A stretch of DNA of 27,445 nt, taken from the IMG/VR virus record IMGVR_UViG_3300032318_000232, positions 1 to 27,445 of that record, one strand, 5' to 3'. The translations under genes and the position numbers were made by a program. The notes beneath the pieces are model-generated. The model saw only the letters and a list, made by a program, of their open reading frames with translations, searched no databases and was not told the DNA's origin. The stretch is from a virus. Lineage: Duplodnaviria > Caudoviricetes. The number at the start of each line of letters is the position of its first letter. Position 1 is the first letter of the stretch. Shown piece by piece: positions 7,911-17,100 of the stretch.

Positions 7911-8236
7911 TAGAACCCTGCTTTCTTTACTTCGTTGATTACGTTGGCGGTTTTTTTATCTATGGTTTTTGCATTTGGGTCTTTCTCAGCATTGTATGCT
8001 CGACCCAAATTCTCTGATGCTTTTTCAGCAGCAATTATTTTATCCATTGTTGTCCCTGCTGGTTGGATACCTTGACTGCGTGCTTGCTTATACCTTGCCA
8101 ACTCGCCTTCCCATTTGCGCTTTGGCATTGCTGCTCTAGCATTAGCATCTCCTGTATTTAATTCCAGTGTGCTTGCCTTGCAACCAAAACATCCTTCAAC
8201 AAATTCTGGATGAATTCTTATTTGATGTAAACTCAT
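7910..8236 (-). CDS. Hypothetical protein with H-x4-H-x6-C-x2-C putative metal site (108 aa)
   Basis: HQIRIHPEFVEGCFGCK at the N-terminus; ATGA overlap with the upstream gene. Confidence 0.7.
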   Translation of the reverse strand: MSLHQIRIHPEFVEGCFGCKASTLELNTGDANARAAMPKRKWEGELARYKQARSQGIQPAGTTMDKIIAAEKASENLGRAYNAEKDPNAKTIDKKTANVINEVKKAGF

Positions 8237-8502
8237 TGTGCTGTAAAGTTTGCTTCCGTGACACCTACACCACCAGCAATTAATGCGGCTTTAGTAGCAT
8301 CATCAACTATGTGTTTATTGCCACCTAGGTAAACTTCTTGATAACTTCTTAAATCTTCATCTGTTAAATAACGAACTTGCCTGTATGTACCAGCATCTTT
8401 AACAATACTAATCCCACGGTCTAATTTATAAAATTGAAATAAACGGTGTCCACCCGCTGGACCTTCTCTAACTATCGGTGTTTCAAAAACGTATGTACTC
8501 AT
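8233..8502 (-). CDS. Hypothetical virion-associated protein (89 aa)
   Basis: First gene after the capsid gene; RBS AGGA; operon context. Confidence 0.7.
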   Translation of the reverse strand: MSTYVFETPIVREGPAGGHRLFQFYKLDRGISIVKDAGTYRQVRYLTDEDLRSYQEVYLGGNKHIVDDATKAALIAGGVGVTEANFTAQ

Positions 8503-8519
8503 GTTGTCCTATCTTTAGA

Positions 8520-8547
8520 GAGGGACAGGGCTTTCGCCCTGCCCCTC
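8520..8547 (-). terminator. GC-rich GAAA-tetraloop hairpin after the capsid gene (attenuator or mRNA stabiliser)
   Basis: Minus strand GAGGGGCAGGGC-GAAA-GCCCTGTCCCTC: 12-bp stem with one G.U pair; no U-tract follows. Confidence 0.6.
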
Positions 8548-8554
8548 ATTACTA

Positions 8555-9748
8555 CTAAAGAGCAGCGATTGATGAACCAGTTTCGATTCGATACAATGCT
8601 TCTTCACGGTAGCGAGCAAAGCCAAGTACGCCGTACCAACCCATTGGGCGATGACGCATCAACTTGTCAACTACTGGTCCAATAACTACATGTGGCTCTT
8701 CGGCAACGGCTTGTGCCATTGCTTGCTGTCCACAGATAATTGTGTTATAAACACGTGTTACTGGTGTTACTGTAAGAGTATTAGTTCCTACAGTTCCTGA
8801 GTTAGCAACGTCTACTGTGAAAGTAGTGTTAGTTGCACCAACAGAAATTGCGGTAATCTTTGCAGATGAACCAACGTTAGTGCCAGAGATTTTATCTCCA
8901 ACTTCAGCGCGACCGCCGAATGCAGCATTTGCTGCAACGATTGTAAATGCGCCTGAAGCACCGCTAACTGCTGATGCAGTTGCTAGTGCTGTCTGGTCTG
9001 CACCTGACTTTGAATTGTACATACGTGCTGATTCAACATAGTATGCGCCTTCGTAGTTACCGATTTCGCCTGCCCAGATGCGGTCTTGTGAAGAACCGTA
9101 TTGGTTAGGTAACAACCAGCCTTGTCCTGAAGAAGACTCGGCACGTAGGTCGTGTGATACTTCTGGGTGGATACCAGCCCAGTAGAGTGAACCCTTGCGT
9201 CCGATAGCCTTGTTAGAACGTAACTTAGCAACAGCCTTACGGATGTCTGCTGAGTCAAGTGTTGATGATGCAGCAACTGTTGCTGTTGATGTTGCTGAAC
9301 CACCGAATAGTTTATTGGTTCCGCCACGCAATGTAGTCATTGCTACGGTGTCAATAGAATCTGCTAGGTTGAAAGCAATAACGTTTGCGATTGCTGGGTC
9401 TACATCAGCAAGGCTGAATAGTTCCAGTGCGCGAGTTACCAGAACAGAGTTTCCGTACTCGTTAAGAGTAATAGAAACGTTCTCTGGTGTTGATAGAGCC
9501 ACTGCATCTGGGTCAACTGTTTCTGACAAAGGTGTAGTGTTCTGAGCCAAGTCAACGTACTTCTGTAGAACTACAGTTGAGCCTGGAATTGATTGACGGG
9601 CAGGAGTCTTGTCTGCGACTGAACGAATTAATGGTTCTGAGCGAAGAGCAAATTCTAGTAAGCGGTCATACGCTTGCTGAACTAAACCTGCACCACCAGC
9701 GGTTCCGCCGAGTGTGGCGGAGCCTGTACTTGTGTATGCATTAGCCAT
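8555..9748 (-). CDS. Major capsid protein (N4-gp56-like family, HK97 fold; 397 aa)
   Basis: LSE...P..V..TL.EYG, IHP.V..DL, GEIG.YEG..YVES, DKL.R...GWYG..G motifs. Follows the scaffold gene; strong RBS GGAGGTGA. Confidence 0.9.
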   Translation of the reverse strand: MANAYTSTGSATLGGTAGGAGLVQQAYDRLLEFALRSEPLIRSVADKTPARQSIPGSTVVLQKYVDLAQNTTPLSETVDPDAVALSTPENVSITLNEYGNSVLVTRALELFSLADVDPAIANVIAFNLADSIDTVAMTTLRGGTNKLFGGSATSTATVAASSTLDSADIRKAVAKLRSNKAIGRKGSLYWAGIHPEVSHDLRAESSSGQGWLLPNQYGSSQDRIWAGEIGNYEGAYYVESARMYNSKSGADQTALATASAVSGASGAFTIVAANAAFGGRAEVGDKISGTNVGSSAKITAISVGATNTTFTVDVANSGTVGTNTLTVTPVTRVYNTIICGQQAMAQAVAEEPHVVIGPVVDKLMRHRPMGWYGVLGFARYREEALYRIETGSSIAAL

Positions 9749-9781
9749 TTTTCACCTCCAAGGTGAGTTAGGAAACTATGA

Positions 9782-10258
9782 TTATTGTTGGCGCAATAAA
9801 GCGATTAATTCTTCTGCGGATTCCGCATTGTTTAATCGTGATTCTAAATCTTGCGCACGTTCAGGGGTCATAGCACTTTGAGTGACAATGTCTTGCTGAC
9901 GAAGCGTTGCTAAGTTAGCCTTCTTATCATTGTCCTGCTGTTCTGTAACCTGTAAACCAAAGAGGTCGGCATTATCATCAAGCCAGTTATTAACTGATTC
10001 TTCGCTAATATCGTCTAAGTCTTTAAGGATTAACCGAACTGCTTTTGCATTGACGCCCTTCTTTTCTAGGACTTCTTTGACGGTTCGCTCACGCTGCACC
10101 TTGGATAAACCCTCAAGTTGCTCAGTGAGTTCCTTAATACGTTTCTCATCAGCACGCTTAGCCTTGCGTAACTTTTTTAATAAGTCACTGCCATCGCCTG
10201 AATAAGTTTCAGTATCTTCGGTATCGTCTTCTTCATCATCCCAGTAGTTGTTGCTCAT
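9782..10258 (-). CDS. Capsid scaffolding protein
   Basis: Acidic N-terminus, coiled coil and short C-terminal helix pair; immediately upstream of the capsid gene. Start adjusted to MSNNY (ATG 10258) behind AGAAGGGTGG. Confidence 0.75.
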   Translation of the reverse strand: MSNNYWDDEEDDTEDTETYSGDGSDLLKKLRKAKRADEKRIKELTEQLEGLSKVQRERTVKEVLEKKGVNAKAVRLILKDLDDISEESVNNWLDDNADLFGLQVTEQQDNDKKANLATLRQQDIVTQSAMTPERAQDLESRLNNAESAEELIALLRQQ

Positions 10259-10289
10259 AGCAACCACCCTTCTATTCGTTTAGTTAGTC

Positions 10290-10372
10290 GCAAGCCTCAG
10301 GTCAATTCGGGGAAATTGGCTGGCTCTTGCTTTCGGTCTATTACGCTATGCGGGGCCGATAGGTCCACATAG
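10290..10372 (-). promoter_or_regulatory. Two-hairpin structured leader upstream of scaffold/capsid genes
   Basis: Minus-strand stems CTATGTGG/CCGCATAG and GCAAG..GCC..CAATT/AATTG..GGCTTGC. Confidence 0.45.
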
Positions 10373-10377
10373 GATTC

Positions 10378-11823
10378 TTAGTAGAGTTGACCCTTAGTAG
10401 TTGAGGTCAGTGATGCTTTATTTACACCAGAAGAACCAGTAAAGCGTGCTTGTTCACGCTCTGCTAGTTTGGCAAGTTTGCGTTGCTCAGAGGCTAAATT
10501 CTTTAGATAAGCACCCTCAGCCTCAGTCTGTGTGTATTGTTTGCCTTCAAGAGCAGATAGTCGCTGTGCTTCTGGAAGTACGGTAGCAACATTCTTATAG
10601 CCTGCTGCTGCTTGTTCTTCACTTAATCCCATTTCGGATAGTGCTTGAGAAGTACCAAGGTCAGCAACTAATCCTTGACGCATAGCAGTAGAACCAATTG
10701 AGGCTATGTTAACTTTGCTTTCTAAACTTGCTAACGTATCCTTTGGTTCTAAGAAATATGAAACTAAATCTTTATCTGTAATCTGTGGATAGTACTCAGC
10801 AAACATAAGACGAACATCAGTTCTATTTTGAACCTGTTCTACTGCCATTTGTACACGCTTTTTAATTTCTAATGGTGACTTATCCTGTGCAATATATTGG
10901 GCCAGTTTTGATTGGGCTGTTTTGGTATCACCAAGTAAGTTATCTAAACCATAAGCACCAAATGTTTCACGATACTGATTCTCTAAACTTAAATAGGTTG
11001 CTTCATCATAAACATTTTTGCCAGCATTTCTACGTTCTTGATTACCAGCAAAACGGGCAGCATACTCATTAGTAGCACGCAACTTTAAGGTTGCTTGTGA
11101 AGTAGGAGTACCAGTTAAAATAAGATTCTTAACTTCTGCTAGAAAAGCATCATCACCTAAACCATACTTAGTAAATTCAGTCTTTAATGTTTCGTAAGCA
11201 GATTGGCGTTCTGCTTTAATTTCTTGAGTTTTAGCATCTGCAACCATCTTAGCGTTGTAAGCATCAGCCTTTGCTTTAGCATCGGCTGCTTCTTTAGCAG
11301 TTAAAGTATCTGCTTCTCTAGTACCTTTGCTTAGTAACTCTTTAGAACCATCTTCACGCAGCGCAAATACATCACCTGATTTTGGGTCAGTAAATGTTCC
11401 AACTGTTTTAAGTAAAGGTGGTGCTACGTTTGTAGCAACTGGTGTAGGTGTAACTACAGCCGCAGGAGTTGGAGTTGTTACATAACTAGGAACATTATTG
11501 CTTGCAGCAGCGGCTTGAGCACTAGCATACCATGCTGGATAACTACCAGTTTGGGCTTTAATTTTTTCGGCTAATGCTTTGTTAATAGCGGCGCCACTAG
11601 CGCCTGCTACTCCACCAATACCAGACATACTTGCTGCTTTATATTCAGCATCAGTAAGACTTACTTTGTCAGAACTATTAATTCCGTATGAATCACCATA
11701 GTAACCAGAGGCATTAATACCACCACGTGCTTCAATCTGCTCAGCAGTTACATTGCCACTAGCCAGTGCTCTGGCTTCGGCTTTAGGACTACGAACAAAA
11801 TTAGGGTCTACTTTAATAGCCAT
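10378..11823 (-). CDS. Putative internal virion / ejection protein (481 aa)
   Basis: Ala/Gly/Pro-rich N-terminal part, helical C-terminal part, no Cys; lies in a cluster of large helical genes in the morphogenesis operon. Confidence 0.55.
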   Translation of the reverse strand: MAIKVDPNFVRSPKAEARALASGNVTAEQIEARGGINASGYYGDSYGINSSDKVSLTDAEYKAASMSGIGGVAGASGAAINKALAEKIKAQTGSYPAWYASAQAAAASNNVPSYVTTPTPAAVVTPTPVATNVAPPLLKTVGTFTDPKSGDVFALREDGSKELLSKGTREADTLTAKEAADAKAKADAYNAKMVADAKTQEIKAERQSAYETLKTEFTKYGLGDDAFLAEVKNLILTGTPTSQATLKLRATNEYAARFAGNQERRNAGKNVYDEATYLSLENQYRETFGAYGLDNLLGDTKTAQSKLAQYIAQDKSPLEIKKRVQMAVEQVQNRTDVRLMFAEYYPQITDKDLVSYFLEPKDTLASLESKVNIASIGSTAMRQGLVADLGTSQALSEMGLSEEQAAAGYKNVATVLPEAQRLSALEGKQYTQTEAEGAYLKNLASEQRKLAKLAEREQARFTGSSGVNKASLTSTTKGQLY

Positions 11824-11826
11824 CGT

Positions 11827-12924
11827 TTACCCCTGGAATCCAAAGTCGCGTAATATTCTCAAGGTAACATCGCCAACTTTCTCTTGTGCCTCATCAGTAA
11901 ACTCCCAATCAGGATGATTCATTAGTGCTGTATCCATCTGCCAAACTGGGCGAAGATTTCCTTTTTCATCCTTAACATTCTTCTGAAACCATTCATCATT
12001 CATAGTCATATCTACACGCTGTAATTTATTATTAGCACGATTAACTAATGGCTGATAGATAGTAGAACGGGTAAGTCCTTGCTTCATAAGATTTTGAACT
12101 GCTTCTGATTCACCAATCATGGCTGCAGTTTCAATTTCTTTCTTAATAGCAGCAAGACTTTCGCCAGCATCCATGCGCTGAATCCATGTAGTTTGCTGGG
12201 CTTTGCTAAAATCTTTATCAAACACCATACCTTGGTCAGCAGCATAGGATGCAAGGTCTTCAATATTACTAGCACCAGTACCCTTGGTAAGAGAGCCAGC
12301 GCCAATCTTTGTATTTAAATAACGACTTATGAATGCTGTGTTCTTTTCATTAGCGCCGTCATAGAGTTCCATAGACCAGGCATCTAAATCATCTTCAGTA
12401 TAATCAATGCCTTTAGTAGTTAACTCACGAGCAAGAGCAGCCTTAGTAGTATCAAGGCCACGATAATATTCAGAATTACCAGCAACTGCTTTAACTTTAT
12501 TTTTATAGTCAGGGTCTGTTTTGTTAAGATTCTTAATTAGTTCTTCATACTGACGGCGGTCAAATCCGCGTGTGCGGATTGTGCCAGCATTTTTGATATA
12601 CCACTGAGTGCTAGTAAGTTTTTGTTGGAATAATTCAAGTGATAAATTATTTTGAATTGCATCAATTAATAAAGTTCTTAGTTCTTCAACAGTAGTAAAA
12701 ACACTGTCAATATAACCATATCTTTCTTTTGCCTGTGATAGGTAAAAGTTTTCAGCAGCCGCAGCGCCTGGTGAACCAGGGCCACCGCCTTGTACTGAAC
12801 CTGTAGCAGGACCAGGTACTTGAGTCATTGGATTAATTGGAGTATAAATACCAGAGCCTGATGCGTTTGGGTCTACGGGAACACCAGTACCGCCAGTATC
12901 AATAACGTTTGGATTAACAGCCAT
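11827..12924 (-). CDS. Putative internal virion protein (365 aa)
   Basis: Gly/Pro-rich N-terminus, then helical. Start set to ATG 12924 (TGATG overlap, AGGAG RBS). Confidence 0.55.
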   Translation of the reverse strand: MAVNPNVIDTGGTGVPVDPNASGSGIYTPINPMTQVPGPATGSVQGGGPGSPGAAAAENFYLSQAKERYGYIDSVFTTVEELRTLLIDAIQNNLSLELFQQKLTSTQWYIKNAGTIRTRGFDRRQYEELIKNLNKTDPDYKNKVKAVAGNSEYYRGLDTTKAALARELTTKGIDYTEDDLDAWSMELYDGANEKNTAFISRYLNTKIGAGSLTKGTGASNIEDLASYAADQGMVFDKDFSKAQQTTWIQRMDAGESLAAIKKEIETAAMIGESEAVQNLMKQGLTRSTIYQPLVNRANNKLQRVDMTMNDEWFQKNVKDEKGNLRPVWQMDTALMNHPDWEFTDEAQEKVGDVTLRILRDFGFQG

Positions 12925-14150
12925 CAATTAACTCCTAACGTTTGTTTAAATACATTGTAGTAATCAAGTACTTGTCTAGCCTTAGCCTCATCTTTACCAG
13001 ATACTTCTTCAATTAAGAACTGTTCTACATTAAGACCAGTCTTTGTTTTAGTAGCAACTACATTGCCTTCGGCATCTGTAGTTGTAGAAATTAAGTCTGG
13101 ATTCTTTTTTAATTTTTGATTAACTACTGGAATAAGTTTACTTAGTTCTTTGCTATTAGCATCTCTGCCCATACTATCTTGATAGACAGCATTAATAATT
13201 TTAGTTAAATCAGTTTCACTAAATTCAGTTACGTTAGTTCTAGTTTTAGTTCCGCCCTTGCTAATACCTTTTTTGGCAGCAAGAAACTCATCCATTGTAG
13301 GAAACTCTTTAACACCCTCTTGCTTGTAAGCATTAACCTGTGCAACTGTGTACTCACCAGCAGCAGCATCAAGGGCTGAAAGATAAGCAGATGTTGGAAC
13401 TTCTTTATTAGTAGATAAGTAGCCAGCCTTATATAACTTATCAATTACAGCCTGCTTGCTGCCGTAGTTTTTAATAAGTTGCTTTTGATATCTATCACGA
13501 ATTACATCTGCTGTTCCAAAAAAGATTGCTTTTGGACCAGTACCGCCACCAGTAGTAGTTAGATACAAGTAACCCTGATAAACAGTTGGCTTGCCTGTAG
13601 CAGGGTCTATCTTGTTTGGTTCAGTAACTTGAACTATTGGGCCGCTAGGACCCATGCTTACAGTAGCGCTGCTAAGAAGATTGGCTACATTTTCTTCATC
13701 AGAAAGTTGGAACTGTGCACCAGTTTTAGATTCTGTTCCAGCAGCCTTTGCCTTCGCTGCCTTTTGTGCATCATACTCTGCTTTTAATTTTGCTTCTGCT
13801 GCAACTTTAGCCTTATTATCTTGAGCATCTTTAGCACGTTGAACTTCGTCTTTTAGTTTTTCAACTTTACTTTTATAATCTTTTGCTGCTTCTTTTGCTG
13901 CTTCGGCTTCTTTTTCTTTCTTAGAAATTGCTTCGAGTTCATCCATCCTCGGCTTTAACTCTGCTTCGAGTTTGCGTAACTCTTTAATTTCTTGGTCAAA
14001 TTGAATTTTGGCTTGCTTGTATCTAGAAGTGCCTGTTTTATATTGTTTCATTCGGTAGCCAGAGCCACCTTTATTATAAATACTATCTTTCTTTTGTTGT
14101 ATTTTCTCACGCATGCGGCCTAATTCATTTAGCATTGGATTTCTAGCCAT
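12924..14150 (-). CDS. Putative internal virion protein with Lys/Ala/Glu coiled coil (408 aa)
   Basis: Long K/A/E-rich helix in the N-terminal third; TAATG-coupled to the 1683-aa gene. Confidence 0.55.
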   Translation of the reverse strand: MARNPMLNELGRMREKIQQKKDSIYNKGGSGYRMKQYKTGTSRYKQAKIQFDQEIKELRKLEAELKPRMDELEAISKKEKEAEAAKEAAKDYKSKVEKLKDEVQRAKDAQDNKAKVAAEAKLKAEYDAQKAAKAKAAGTESKTGAQFQLSDEENVANLLSSATVSMGPSGPIVQVTEPNKIDPATGKPTVYQGYLYLTTTGGGTGPKAIFFGTADVIRDRYQKQLIKNYGSKQAVIDKLYKAGYLSTNKEVPTSAYLSALDAAAGEYTVAQVNAYKQEGVKEFPTMDEFLAAKKGISKGGTKTRTNVTEFSETDLTKIINAVYQDSMGRDANSKELSKLIPVVNQKLKKNPDLISTTTDAEGNVVATKTKTGLNVEQFLIEEVSGKDEAKARQVLDYYNVFKQTLGVN

Positions 14151-17100
14151 TATGCCACCGCCTTATAAGTATCTCGTGAGTAGTATTTTAGAATTGAATT
14201 AAAGATTGCACGGGTTGCTTCTCTAAGTGCTGGGTCTTGAGTAGATAGTTCATTGATTATATTTTCAACTCTATCTCTATACTGACGCTTTAAAGAAGAA
14301 GCATTGAAAAGACCTTTAACGCTTTCATCCTTTGAGAACGACATAAAATCTTCCATAGCCTGAATGGCTGATTTCATTTTAATTCTTAGACCATCATTTA
14401 CTGGAGAAGTATCATCTAATACAATCTGCTTTAGGCTTCTAAGCATTGCTTCTTCTGTAGCAATCTCATTGCCTCCACCTGTAATAGCGGCAAGCAATAA
14501 AGGATTAGAAGCAAGAAGTCCCTCACGGGCTGCAGTTGCTGTCTGAATAATCTTCTTACGTTCAGATACATAAGTCTGAGTACCTAGTTGTTCTGTTTCC
14601 CACTTAGCAATGTCGTAATACTTTTGCTTATCTTCAGCAACCATTACATCGTCATAGTAAGTTTCTAGGTCTTTATCCTTTAGCAAGTCTGCTGATTGTA
14701 GCCAGTTATAGACACCAGAGTTAAAGTCACCTGTATGTGGACCAAATATAAAGGCTGCTTCACCATACATGCCAATGAACTTCTTGTTCATTAATGCCCA
14801 GTCTTGCATCTGCTTTGTTTTGGTAATAAGAACTTTAGTCTGCTTCTCATCACGAGCAACTGTGTAGATAATCTTTCCTGGATTCTTACCAGTAAAGATA
14901 CTTAGTGCCATCTCGTATGGGTCTTGAACTTCATCGCCATATCTTTTTTGAATAGATTCAAAGATATCCCAGAACTCATTACGCAATCCAGTAATACCAA
15001 CATCTAATAGATAGTCAGGAACATCTTTGCTTTCCTGTAATGATGGAGCCACTGGCGATATTAAACCTAAAACAGAACGCAAGGCAATAACATTATGAGC
15101 AGAAATACGAATATTCTTTAAGTAGTCGTACTTCTCTTGGTCAGTAGAGTTAGGGTCTAAGAACCGACCATGTGCTGCGTTATAGGCAATAGCCTGCTGT
15201 GCTGCTGTAACTTCTTGACGTGTCTTTTCATTAAGAGGTACTAAAGTCCATAACTTAGCAAGAGATGCTGGTACTAATGCTCTAGTAATATCCATGTTGT
15301 CGCCTAGGTTACCTAAAGCAAAGTTATCAAACTCAGTCGCTGCACGTTCTGCGCCAGGAATAGGAACATTACCAATAAGATGCTTCATGCCTAAGACACC
15401 AAGAGCAGCAATAGGACCGCTGAGTAAAGGTAAACCAGAGTCTGGCGAAAACGATGGGTTGATATTTTTAATCTTAAATGTAAAGTCATTAAACAATGGT
15501 TCTTTATAACCACCATCAGCACCAGGAGTTAGTGCACGAATAGTTGTATCTGTTGCCTTATAGATAATGTTATCCATTGGCATCATAATATATTCGTTGC
15601 CTTCTTGGTCTTCGTGCAGAATACCACTTGAGTCAAGACCTAGGTGTGCTAAACGCATGCGATACAAAGCATTAGGTGCTACATCTTTTATACGATACAT
15701 GCGGCGCCAGAAGTCTTCAGTAGCACGATAGAAGCGACCAACAGTACGCACAGATATAGCAAAGTTAGTACGAATTGCTGGATTATCAGCAAACTTTAAT
15801 ACGGTATCTGCTGCTTCATTCATAACTAACTCAGAAAAATGTTTTTCAGTTTGTATAGTTATACGTTGTGTTAATGTATCAAGGTAGCCTGGATTACGCT
15901 TTAGCGCTTCGGCATTTGCTTTCTTTGCTTGGTCTAATAACTTCTTAGCATAAGCAGCCTCAATACCAGCATAGTTCTTACGTAGTTTAAAATATGTAAC
16001 CATAACCGCAGGCTGACGAAGAATAGCATTTACCTGACGGTCCATAAGGTCCATCATTCCATTACCTAATTTTTTATAAGCACTATCAAAGTCAGTAAAC
16101 TCTGGAAACTTAATACGAGTATTAATTACACCGCTAGGTTTAAACCCTTGAGTTAACTCATCAAAGTCTTTATAAGCAATTTGCTGAACAGCCTTTTGCC
16201 ATTTATTGCTAATTGGTACACCGTCAGCAAGTTCTTTAGCAACTAAGTCATTATGATTTTTAGCAATAGCATCAAAGAGTGCTTGATTATAATTACCAGT
16301 TGAGCCATGGAAGTTATCTCTCATGTCCATCAACATACGTTCAATATGAACTCTAATAATCTGGTTATCTGTTAAACCCTTTTGACGTTGGAATACAGTA
16401 TCACCAAAGTATGAAAGGAACTTCTTGGCAGCAGCAGCATTGGATTTATTAACTATCCACTCGCCGCCCTTTTTGCTCATGCCAAGATACTGCATCATGT
16501 CATCAACAGCATTAGTAAAGTCTTCTGGTGTCTTTAATCCTTTGTTACTAAAGAAAGCAACAGCAGGAGATACACGAAATCCATCGGCTAGTTTTAACTT
16601 GCCATGTTGACGTGGTGTAGCAAAGCGGATATACCAGTTATCAAAGTGAGCCAATGTTAAATATGCTGGGTCAGCCTGAATTAATCTAGCAATATCAACT
16701 TCGTTATATTGATTACCAACTTTAAGTGGGTCTGCTTTTGCTCCACCTGCATTTAACGCTCTAGTTAATTCACTAGCATTAATTGAACTACCACTAAAGA
16801 TTTCATCAAAGCGACCACCAAGTGAAGTACGTGCTGCAATTGAGTTAGCCATCGAGTTAAGCACATCTGGTTGATGAACCATAGCCTGGAACCAATATGC
16901 TTTTTCTTGTTCGTCTAAACCCTTTAAGAAGATGCTAGCACGCTCAGCAATTTCAGTATTAATTCTCAACACATCTAGTTCTGCTGTGCTAATCGGACCA
17001 CCTGGTGCATCATCAGCAAGTTTTTGAATAATCCTGTTGCGTTCTTCAATGTTTAATAAACCAGAAGGAGTTCTACCACCTAGTTTTTTTATAATCGCTA

